A DNA stretch of 64,000 bases. It comes from Haplodiscus bocki. Taxonomy: Eukaryota. Under the pieces are notes generated by a model. It saw only the letters and a list, made by a program, of their open reading frames with translations, searched no databases and was not told where the DNA came from. The position numbers and the translations under genes were made by a program. Location of the stretch: the NCBI GenBank assembly GCA_965655095.1, contig OZ296650.1:69068001-69132000 (forward strand). Direction: 5' to 3'. Positions within the stretch are counted from its first letter, which is position 1, and every line of letters begins with the position of its first letter. Shown in pieces: positions 1-10,159 of the stretch.

Positions 1-617
1 CGATAACCAACTCTTTTGAAGACATTCTCAAACCCTGTAAGAGAAAACCGAAAGTGATAGAAACAGATGATGGTTCCGGTTTTGTGAATAAATTGTTTGC
101 TAGTCTCTTAAAAAACAATAACATTGAAAGGTATTCTCGAAACACATCCCTAGGAGTTGTTTTTCGTGAAAATTTTAATAGAACTATTTGATATCTTCCT
201 GATAAAACCTATTTTTCAAAGAAGTAAGGCTCATCGGGTTGATATACTACCCACAAAAACAACACATTGTAATAGAAAAATACATTCTTCCACCAAACTA
301 AGAGCAATTCAAGCTTCTAAAAAATTAATGGAAAAACAGTTTCTGATATACTCCAAGACAGTAGAGAAAATCATCAACCAAAATCTAAGTTGGGTTAGTT
401 TGTCCGGACAGCTGATAATGAAAAAGTTTTCAGTGAAGCTGATAGTACAAACTGGTCAGATATATTCTACACAACTGCCAAAATCTTACACAACGCAATT
501 CCTTTAAAAAGAATCAACTTTTGACCCGAACGATACAACGAGAAACTATTAAGATCAAAAAATTTAACTCATGATGAAAATGATAAGATATTGAAAGATT
601 TAAACCTAAATCGATAA
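1..617 (+). pseudogene. rve-type (DDE) integrase of the Polinton, disrupted, 5' end truncated by the window
   Basis: From nt 3: KRKPKVIETDDGSGFVNKLF...NTSLGVVFRENFNRTI (TDxGxEF and ERFNRT motifs), then HSSTKL and VRTAD...FSEADSTNWS in shifted frames; ends LKDLNLNR* at 617. Confidence 0.85.
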
Positions 618-632
618 AACAAAAACAAACAA

Positions 633-1151
633 ATGGAACTAAGCGAAGCTAAAATAGATGAAAAACATGCTAAACAGTGCAAACACTGTTCGAGAATTGC
701 CCTTCTACCATATGAGTGCGAATGAACTTGTTTTTCATGTGGCTACAACGTAGTAAAACGAAAAAGTGAAATTTCAAAACTTTCAAGGAAACAGATAAAA
801 TTTGTCAATCGATTGAAATTTGCTGAGAACAAAAAAAATTGCATTTGCATAGACGTATAGAAAGTTTTTGAGTTTTTGAAGGTGATGAAATTGAAAAATT
901 GATTGTATGTTTTACAAGATTGAAAAACAAAAAATTAAATATCAAAATCGAATTCAAGGAAAAATATGAAAAACAAGAATGAAGATTTTGAACAAGATTA
1001 CTATTCAGGAACAGCAAAAGGTAATTATAAAATTGGACATACTGGTGTAAGACTAATGAAATGGGTGGCGCCTTGTGATCATTACCATCAAAAAATAAAA
1101 TATTCCGATTTGATGGCTTCCATTTTAAAATATTTAAATGGTATATCTTAA
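633..1151 (+). pseudogene. Polinton accessory ORF A, Zn-ribbon protein (CxxC...CxxC), disrupted
   Basis: MELSEAKIDEKHAKQCKHCSRIALLPYECE*TCFSCGYNVVKRK...FVNRLKFA; C-terminal part is track ORF 966..1151. Confidence 0.6.
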
Positions 1152-1204
1152 CGGTAAATATTATGTAGAAGTAGAGGATAAACGATATAGTATTCAACCA
1201 TTAT

Positions 1205-1925
1205 ATGACTTTATTTTAGGAGAAAATGAAGAACCAAATTCTTGAGATCTTGATATCAAGTTAAATTTAATACTCAGATAAGACGCAAGCAAAAAGTTTT
1301 GGAAAATGAAAATAGTCAACTAGAAATTAAACGATATCCAAAGAAGTGAAAACAAAAAGCTCAAAAACCAAAAATTAGCGCATCCGCTTGTCCTGGTTGC
1401 AGACAGAACAATCGGGTTGAATCCGATTGAGGTTAGTTTTGTCCAGTATGTGAAATTTTTATTATTAAACAAATTTATCAGATAGATAGAAAAGGACTAA
1501 AACAGGACAAGAAATTTTCTACTAGATTACCCCAAGCTACTAAAAAGATTAGAGGAACTTAAATTTCTATGGTTAGAGTAAAGTGTAAATCAATAGAAGA
1601 TATGATTATTAAACAACTAATTTCCAACAGTAAAACAAAATAAAATTTTTATCAAATCACAAGTAATTATTTTGACGAAACGAGTTTTAGAAGGCAGAAT
1701 GGCTTTTTTCAATTTGAAGAAGATACTTTTGCTAAAAATTCTCAAGGCATAGGTAAAAACTTTCATGAAGTAATATTATGATTGAGATTGTTACACACAG
1801 AGCCTGAGGTTAAAAGTATGAATATTGATTATTTCGATTTGTATTTTATTGTTATTAAAAATTTGACTGAAGTGGAAAAAATTGAGATTTCAGATAAATC
1901 GTTTCAAGCTTTTTATCTTGAATAA
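1205..1925 (+). pseudogene. Polinton accessory ORF B, Zn-ribbon protein paralogous to ORF A, disrupted
   Basis: ACPGCRQNNRVESD*G*FCPVCEIFIIKQ...FSTRLPQATKKI...FAKNSQGIGKNFHEV...YFDLY. Confidence 0.6.
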
Positions 1926-2311
1926 AGAGATGGTGTAATGAACAAAACTCACTTTCCCGCAAAGAGATATGAAGATACATTTAAAAAAGATCAGAAACAA
2001 ATTCAACCAAATAAAAAAAAATCATAGGTTGTTAAATAAAGAAACAAAAAACAAACAAAAAATAAAAGGATTGAAGAAGATATAAAACAAAGAGAAAGTA
2101 ATAAAGCTAACAAAAACAATAATTTGAACGAAACAAACTCAAATAATTAGAAAAAAAAGAAATAATACAAAATGAAATAAACAAAAAAAGAGAAAAAAAT
2201 TTGGAAACGAAGTGAGGAAAATAAAGAATTGAAGCAATACGAACGAATTCAAGGTAGAGATAACAAAAAAGAAGACGATGTCGACATGGGTTGGTTTTTT
2301 AAATTAGCGAC

Positions 2312-5300
2312 ATGGGTGATAAAATGTTTGCTAAAAGCTCAAGTGTACAAAAAACTAGAAAGGCATTTTTAGGATATTTTAGTGGAGTTTTTGAAATGAT
2401 TGGCGATAATATTATTAGAGAACACAAACAGACAACAGCTATGAGATTTAGAGATATTGAACGCTTTGAAGCTTATATTATTAGCACTGATATCGATTAT
2501 GATGCTATGATACTAATTTTACTGGTTATATTTGAAATTAAGTGAACTTGAATTTAACAAAGTTAACAGATGAGAATATGTCAAAGGAACTAGTTTTATA
2601 CAAGATATTGTTGATGTTATTGGTAATAATTGTTATATGCCCACGAGTGGATATTGTTTTTAAAACTTTATCGTTTTTATAACAGGGAAGGAGTAAGGAC
2701 TATAAGAAAAGTTTTTAGACTTTATCAGAGATGAAAAAAGACGAAGTAATGTAATGATTGACGCTAGACTTCAACCTTTTTGTATAGCTAACAATATTAA
2801 CATAGAAAATTTTATTGGTAAAGAAGTTTACCCTAGATCTGTTACAGTATAGAGTTTGCAATAAAAACATATAATAAGCATTTCTGTCTTATTTGGCAAT
2901 CGGATGGAGTTAGTTTTATTGAAATTATCGAAGAATTAAAATCAAAATTTAGAAAACACAATAAATATATATCGCCTGATAATGTCAAAAGTTTTTTTAA
3001 AAATGAATATAAACCTGAGACGATAGAATCCCAATTAACTAATTTTATTGATTACGACCTAGAAACTTTTAACACAAAAAGAGTTGTTCCATATTGCGTT
3101 AGGTTGTATCGATTAAATAAAATAGCTACTAGATATGATCGTGATTTAACACTCGAAGAACATGATAAAAGTAAAATAGATACAACATATTTCTATGGAA
3201 CTGATTGTATTAGTAAATTGTTAGATTGAGTTGTTGCTCTCAAAGGAGAACATAGAAAATTGAAAAACAAAATAGTTGAGTTTGAATTAAATCTAACAGC
3301 TCATAATGGTAGTGCGTTTGATACATATTTTGTTTTGAACAGGTTATCAAATTGGCATCCATTAGTAAACATTGTAAAAAATGGAAAAAGCATTATCTCC
3401 TTGAAAATATTTAATTGCAATCTAAAAATCTGAGGAGCATTTTCCTAAATGTATTATTTTTAGATGTAGTATGACAAATATTATTAGCAGTTTAAAAAAG
3501 GGAGTTACTACTTATGGCTTACAGAAAGAATTATTTTAAAAAAGATGAATCAAGATGATTTTTTTGAACATAATTGGATGAATAAAAAAGATGAACGGTT
3601 AAATTATGAAAGAAACAGCATTTTATATACCGTTTTTGCTCACGCTAGATTTAGTAAAGGGATGGAAGACATTACGGGTTCCGGAATGAATAACGGTTTA
3701 ACATTACCTTCACTAGCATGGATAGTTTTTAATAGTTTGAGAGACGAAAGTGATGACCCAGTAGAACCATATAAGTATAGATATTTGAAATGGTTTGTGA
3801 GACAAAGCATAAATGGTGGTAGATGCACAAGTTTTAATCAATTTTATGAATCTGAAATAGCCAATGATATTTTCATAACTATATCAGAAGAATGAATTGT
3901 AAAAGAATTTATTTGTAAAGTTATTGAAGTTTATGTTAAATATGTGAGTAAATAGAAGAAATCAATAGAAGAAGAAAATGATTCTAACTTTGATGATTAT
4001 CGTAAAATTAATCAAAAGAAAAAAAATAAGTGAAAAATCAACTTAGTTAATTACCCATTCATGTAAAATTCAGAGAATTTGTTTTGACAGATGTTTTGAC
4101 TGATTTTGATGCAACAAGTTTATACCCTTGGCTATGTGGGATGAAAATCAAAAAAACCGAAATTTAAAACGGGTTATGCTTTCACAGCTGATGTGAATGA
4201 TGAAAATGTTGGAAATTTTAATAATGAAACTTCCACACAAACTAGCGATACTTTAGAAGTATTTTATTAGAACCGCTCAGATTTAACACTTCAACATTTA
4301 CCAGCTAGAGAGACAGTTAGGAAGACTGGGATAAATAAGATGTGAAAAGGATATACTTGAGACACGTTAACTAGTGTTGATATAGAGGAAATTGTTAAAA
4401 CAGGAGGAAAGGTAACAAAAGTTAATGAAGGTGTAATATAGGAAAAAATTTGAAACGTGTCCATTTAGAAAAAAATTACTGAAATTTTTATTAATTTAAG
4501 GTTAAAATCTAAAAATGAAGGATTATGCAAAAGCTTGTAAAATTACTTTAGAAAAGTTTATGTTGTAAGAATATTCGTAAAGATATTAGATAGGAATATA
4601 AGTGTATATCGGAGTATTGGATGAGCACAGAAACTGATAAGAGAAGTTTAGATTACTGGAGATTACGAAATGGAGATGTTGTAGCGAAATTGAAACAAAA
4701 CTAAGGTTTGGAATGTGAAACAGATTTGGAAAAACACAATGCCAGCTCACTTAGGTAGTTTTATTTTGAGTAAAATTAAAAGAAAAATGATTACTTTTAT
4801 ACGTGAGAAAATTTGTTTTTAAAAAATGTATATTTTACCGATACCACTTTTCTGTATGTAGAGAAAAAGCACTGGGACGTACTAGATGAAACTAAACTAG
4901 TTGGAGATAATTTATAACAAGGTAAGAACGAATATAATAAAAGTGGTATTTTTTATGGTTTGTTTCTAGCAGCGCAAACAAAATATTGTTTAACTATAGA
5001 TGAAAATGGTAATTTTGATGAACATAAAACCTTCAAGGGGTTAACGGATTCACAAAGACAATTAGATAGGAATCAATATTTTGAGAGGTTAAACGGTGAA
5101 AAAATACATGCTAAACTACCATTAATTTGGAAACAAAGCTTTGATTCAGGCATTGTTAAACCTAAGAGAGCAAAATACTGTACAGATTGTAAAAAAGATT
5201 CTATTTGTATTGAATGTCATTAAAAAAATTAACCAGACAAAAGAATTTGCAACAAATCTCAATGAACTAAAAAGACAACCTGCAAATAAAAGGAGACATA

Positions 5301-5332
5301 TGCTTAAGTGGTGTGTTAATGACTTAGTTTAA
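2312..5332 (+). pseudogene. Protein-primed family B DNA polymerase (pPolB), lineage 1, disrupted
   Basis: Ordered motifs: ExoI YDLETF (3053-3070), ExoII AHNGSAFD (~3299-3322), VRQSINGGRC (TPR region), motif A DFDATSLYP (4102-4128), motif B KLL*KSL..KNIRKD (~4540-4585), motif C YFTDTT (4831-4848), C-terminal CTDC...CIEC. Start approximate. Confidence 0.9.
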
Positions 5333-5357
5333 ATTTATTATATACAATGATTTTACT

Positions 5358-5627
5358 ATGATTTGTTCGTATACATTTATCAAACTTATTGTGTGTAAGC
5401 TTTTGAAGATGTTTAATTTTTCTTTTAATTTTTTTCGTTTGATCACATACATAACAATAGTAATCGGTATTCATTTGTACAAGATCGGTCGAAATAATAA
5501 AGAATGTGATATTTATATTAATCGTTCAATTATTCACGAAATGTATCTTCAATTAGTCCAAAAATCTACATTATCTCCATTTGATGGAAAACGAGGTTAT
5601 ATAAATGAAAGTGAAAGAGTACCTTGA
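5358..5627 (+). pseudogene. Small Polinton ORF resembling a pPolB C-terminal tail (RSxxHE...KxxLSPFDxKR)
   Basis: Track ORF ends RSIIHEMYLQLVQKSTLSPFDGKRGYINE. Confidence 0.5.
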
Positions 5628-6605
5628 GATTGATGTTAAAAAAATGAATAGAAAAGTAAAAGAAAAATTTGAAAGAACTAGAAATGTTGATAACAAAGAT
5701 AAACTTAAAAAATACATTTTACAAGGAGAGAGAGATGTGAGATATTTTGATAGCAATCTTTCTAAATCACTAGAAAGACAACAAAAGAACCTATCAACAT
5801 AACGCTTTTGTATGTGAAATGTCTTGAAAACTATTAGGTTTTCAAATTTTTATTTTTTATTCCTGTATACACTTCAGAATTATTTTGTGTAAAAACTGCC
5901 CTGGCCAACTTTCTAATCTTTTTTTTCCAAGCAAATCCGATTGAGCAATTCTGAAAGAGTTCCATTTCGATCTAGTCAACCTTTTCGAGCCTCAAGATGT
6001 AGACATTTTCTCCTATAGCTTCATGCTGAATGCACGACAAAGACCGGGAATACGTATTAAGCAGTGAACATCAAACACTCCGGCAAAGCCTTTACTTTAT
6101 TCGATGTCACTTTTGCATGAATGAGTCAGCTATAGGAGACAAAAAAAGAGAGAACTAGTTTAAATATACATATCATAATATGTCGACATAGTTAGTAAGG
6201 TAAACTTTCCAGTCTCGTTTACTAGGTAAAAATGCACTTGCATTATTTTTCGCATTTCTATGTTCAAATAAACGTAAAATTTATAAAGGAGTTTTTATCA
6301 TGTGTTGTAGAAAAAAAACAGGTGTGTTAAAAATTTTTTTCTCATTCCTGTGTACACCCATTGATAACGCCATTCAAAAATTTTTTTTTTACAGAAAGAA
6401 TTTTTTACTCCTATATACGCTCTCTCATATAGTGTAATTTTTATTATTTTTAAACTTCTTTCTAAATATTGTACGGCCATGTGCTATTTTATATTTTTAA
6501 TCAAGTTTTAGTTAAATTTATTGAAACTTTACATATTTTTGAATTTTTCAATAATTTTAATTTATTTTTCAGTATTTTTTAAAATTTCCTGTGTAGGGGA
6601 CTGAT

Positions 6606-6687
6606 ATAATGTAGTTTGGGTGTTGTTAGATGCATGACTGGTTGACCGAAGGGAAGTTAGTCGTGCATCCAAAATACCCTATATTAT
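6606..6687 (+). other. Imperfect ~80-nt hairpin near the presumed Polinton terminus
   Basis: GATGCATGACTGG (6629-6641) pairs with TTAGTCGTGCATC (6657-6669) using G-U pairs; outer GGGTGTT/AATACCC and ATAAT/ATTAT extend the stem. Confidence 0.6.
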
Positions 6688-7075
6688 TGGCTTCCAGTCA
6701 TCGCTTCTAATCAGAGAAATTTTTCTTTCAATCCTATAAACTGCCTGCTAGCGTCAGGGATTTTTGTCACTTCCCAAGAGTGTCAAGACTTAACCACTAT
6801 CTGCGTGGACACGGTATCACTGATTCTTGTTGCAACCGTGAAGTTAAGGAAAACATTACGTGCTACTAGCTTTCTAAGTAATTTGAACCCCCATGTATGA
6901 TCTCTTATTGTGTCTGCTAACTCTAGAACTTCTAAACTTACTGTGAATAATAAATAATAGTGGTAAATCTAATGATACCTTTTCCATCTTTTAATTTTTT
7001 TTCATTTGTTCGATTTTTATCTGTGTCTGTCTGTCTGCCAGTTAGTCAGTCAGTCACTCTGTCTGTCTGAAAATT

Positions 7076-7077
<2 letters not shown>

Positions 7078-7160
<83 letters not shown>
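7078..7160. repeat. Compound microsatellite (TG)n followed by (TCTG)n
   Basis: Directly visible: ~28 TG units, then TCTG units. Confidence 0.98.
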
Positions 7161-7162
<2 letters not shown>

Positions 7163-7799
7163 GCATCTTTGTCTCTTAATATTCGTGTGAGAATCGAGTT
7201 TTTCTGTCTTTTTCTCTCTGTATTTGTTAATCGTGTGAATGTTATCCTTGAAAAAGCCAAGAAATAAATGTGAGATTGTTTGAGTATGAGTTCACTGCGT
7301 GCCAAGTGAGCCATTGATTTTTCTTGTAAAAATGTGATCAATCATTTAAATGATAAGTGCCCCAGAAGACTTTCCTCTAGTTATTCTAGGTTGGATGAAA
7401 TTCTGAAGGTTCAACGAGCCATCAGATTAATTATTTCCAAGACACAAACGTTATCCAGTTGAGCTCTTTTTAGATAACAACGTGCTCTCTGTTAGTAACA
7501 GCTTTCATAAAAATTACACGAAAACTTTGTTTCAGATCTTGAGCCTGAAAAATTGTTGTGTCAGAAAAGTCAACTTACTTTGGGGTTCAAAATAGAAACG
7601 ATATGCAATTTTACAAATCACATCTAACAGAGTAATAAGTGCCGACACAAAATAGAGAAAATTTCATGTTTTGTTCAGACATTTTAACGTCCTTTAAATT
7701 AGTTAGGGAAAACAAATTTACAGAACGTATGCATACCATTACTTCTAAGATCAGAGATTTCTATAAACTTGATATTGTTTTACTTCAAGAAGGAGCTTG

Positions 7800-8800
7800 A
7801 AGAGCACAACATATTCCGTTGGTTCAGCCGAAATCAGCGATCAGTTGCGCAATTCAGATGACTACAGCTACAATCGAACTTATTGTTTTCCGTCGTACTG
7901 AGAAATTGGTAAGCTAAACCTTCAATTCAGTCAGTGGAACTTTTCCCCGCAAATTTGCCAATATCGCGTGAAACGTTGCATGAACTCTCGCTCACTGTTG
8001 CTGCTTTTTGATTAACTGCTAAAACACTAAGTAGAATTTAGACAAGTGAACAATGAAATGGGCAGTGGCCGCGGGATTACTCAACTCATGTAACGCTAGA
8101 AAGAGTTTTTCAATTAGTTATTTGAAAAAAATTTGAAAAGTTTCTTCTATCTTCTTCTTGAAGAGTTCCTTCCAACATTCGTATTTCATTTTTCTCCGGT
8201 CCTTGCGAAGGCAACAAGCAAATCCGGAATGATTTCGCTGAATGTCCCCTAATGTAGTTAATACAACCCAAGAAAGCCAAAACTTTTAATTGTCAAGTAT
8301 TTCTTCCATAAAGGTCTCAATCAACAGATTCCCGCCTGCACAATATTCTTCAAATATAATATTTTTGATTTTCTTTCTTGCATCGAAATCCTGATAGGTC
8401 AAAAAATACGGCAGAATGTAAGTAGTATGGATTTTTCTCAAATTTGGAATTAACCTTCCCCAAAATTTCCTGTTGGATTTCTTTCAAGGTTTCAACCGAC
8501 ATCTTTTTACTTAGAAAAGCTTCATCAGCTACGGTATCTTGTATCATTTCTTGCATGGAAATCCTGATATTCCGAAGATACCCAAAAGAGCAATTAGTAA
8601 AATTCGTTTTTCACCAAAACAACCTGCTACGTCTTCCATTTAGGTCTTCATTGACAACTTTCTACTTGCAGGTTTTTGCTATAAGCATATTTCGTTGCAT
8701 CGGAAACCAGATTAACCAAATAGTGGAAATTTTCGATGTTGAAACTCATTTTTACTCCAAAATTACCGTCTGGTTTTCTATCATCATGGTCTCAATTGAA
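7800..8800 (-). pseudogene. Decayed coding relic of a ~59-aa tandem-repeat protein (copy 1)
   Basis: Minus strand gives LPYFLTYQDFDARKKIKNIIFEEYCAGGNLLIETFMEEI (~8415-8300), EYQDFHARND (~8575), VETLKEIQQEIL (~8495), IETMMIENQTVIL...EFQHR (~8795); matches the consensus of the 48-50 kb array. Confidence 0.55.
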
Positions 8801-9034
8801 AGTTGCTTACTGGCTCCTTCTCTTTGTAACTGTTAATGCATTTTTGATCATTTCTTTTCAAATTTGTGAAAAATCGCAGTGGCTTTGCACTTGTTCACGT
8901 GCTCCTAGCAAAGATCAAAGTAGGGCGACATTGAATCCGCACTAGATGTGAAATTGTACAGGCTCCTACAATGTACTTTTCTTCAGTGATGGAATGTTTT
9001 ACTCTGAGTTTGGCGTTAGCGGGAGAGTATAACA

Positions 9035-9430
9035 CAGAGATGAAACTGGGTCCAGGGTCTATGGGTCAACCCATACAAAATTTAAGAATGGGTCAACTGG
9101 GTCCAGGGTCTAAATTTAAACTTAATTGAAATAAGATTGTTAACGAGTGAGCTGTGGACTGCTCGACCAATCAAGCAAAGCTTTCTCAAGTGTTATTCGG
9201 TACGAGAACTTGAGACACATTCTGCGTGAAAGGCTAAAATTGAGTTATATTACACCAATTGATATTGGCCTTGTCAATCAAATTTCTGCGTTTTTGAAAC
9301 CTGTAACTAAATTGTTTGACAAGCTTGAAGGAGTTTTGACTTTTTTCAATTAGTTTGCTGGGTCCAGGGTCAGGGTTCATTTGGGTCACATGGGTCCAGG
9401 GTCAACAAAAGTGACCCAGTTTCATCTCTG
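9035..9430 (+). mobile_element. Non-autonomous hAT transposon (internal-deletion derivative)
   Basis: 18-bp perfect TIR CAGAGATGAAACTGGGTC; perfect 8-bp TSD GTATAACA (9027-9034, 9431-9438); four TGGGTCCAGGGTC subterminal repeats; internal transposase-like fragment (ISAFLKPVTKLFDKLEG). Confidence 0.92.
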
Positions 9431-9973
9431 GTATAACAACAGCAGAAACCCGTGTTATGGGCTGACGTATTAAATAGAGCATTATTGTCTCGTTCTGTAA
9501 AGGATAACAGCAAGATTTGTAAACTGTTCATTCTGAACAATATTCTTTCTAGTCTGTGGCTGCTCAAGGAATTTTTTTCCGAATGAAGCTTCGTGTTGAA
9601 ATTCAAGACGGCTTCAGGTTTTTTGTTATGATCAGATGACTTCACTTTCAGAAAGAATTAGCACTTCCAGGTGTTAGTGAAAGAATTTTCCTCTTTTCTG
9701 TCCACTCCAAGCTGCTCAGTAATAATCCTTTCTTTCATAAATCTGAGCGTTTTGACCTACGGATTGGAGCAATTAACGTTCTTTTTCATTTCATTTTTGG
9801 ACGGCTACTAATTTACCAAATTTGCTGCTGGACTTGAGTCAGTGACAAAAACGCGTTGGTTCAGTCCTTTCGTTTGATTCTTCCGTAAATAACACTCAAG
9901 TTCACATTTACAAGTTCTGAATACAAATTTGAAAATAACTTCACCAGCCAATGTCATGTTACTAAATCTTTTT

Positions 9974-10159
9974 TCAACATTGAGTAATAAGTCTCCAGGG
10001 CACCAACGTTTCATCGTCTTTGTATTCAATGCAAACAGTCGCTTGTGAATTGTCTAGACTCATCCGTCCCGCATGGAGAATAGCTGTCACTTGCAAAGTA
10101 CTAGCAGCAGTTGGCAAACAGTTAACAAAATCTTCTGCACGCTTTTCTCCGTTATTAAT
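9974..10159 (-). CDS. GaaA-like oxidoreductase exon 5 (last; absent from the ORF track)
   Basis: Acceptor TTTTCTAG; INNGEKRAEDFVNCLPTAASTLQVTAILHAGRMSLD...ITQC*, matching the family C-terminus. Confidence 0.88.
   Translation of the reverse strand: MNNGEKRAEDFVNCLPTAASTLQVTAILHAGRMSLDNSQATVCIEYKDDETLVPWRLITQC

Larger units (their letters stand above)
1..6867 (+). mobile_element. Decayed Polinton/Maverick (adintovirus-like) element, right-hand part; left end lies outside the window
   Basis: Co-oriented rve integrase, two Zn-ribbon ORFs and a protein-primed PolB, all intronless, very AT-rich and full of stops/frameshifts. The right boundary is a guess (CTACT at ~6863-6867 resembles Polinton termini). 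Confidence 0.8.

Noticed and set aside
7075-7341. ORFs with poly-CV or poly-TH tracts
   Set aside because: Translations of the (TG)n microsatellite.
7820-8560. Protein kinase pseudogene on the minus strand (EYCAGGNL, ALHEL..FIVH, IADFG)
   Set aside because: No HRD/KxxN motif and the spacing is wrong; EYCAGGNL sits in frame inside YQDFDARKKI...IETFMEEI, a unit of the ~59-aa repeat family.
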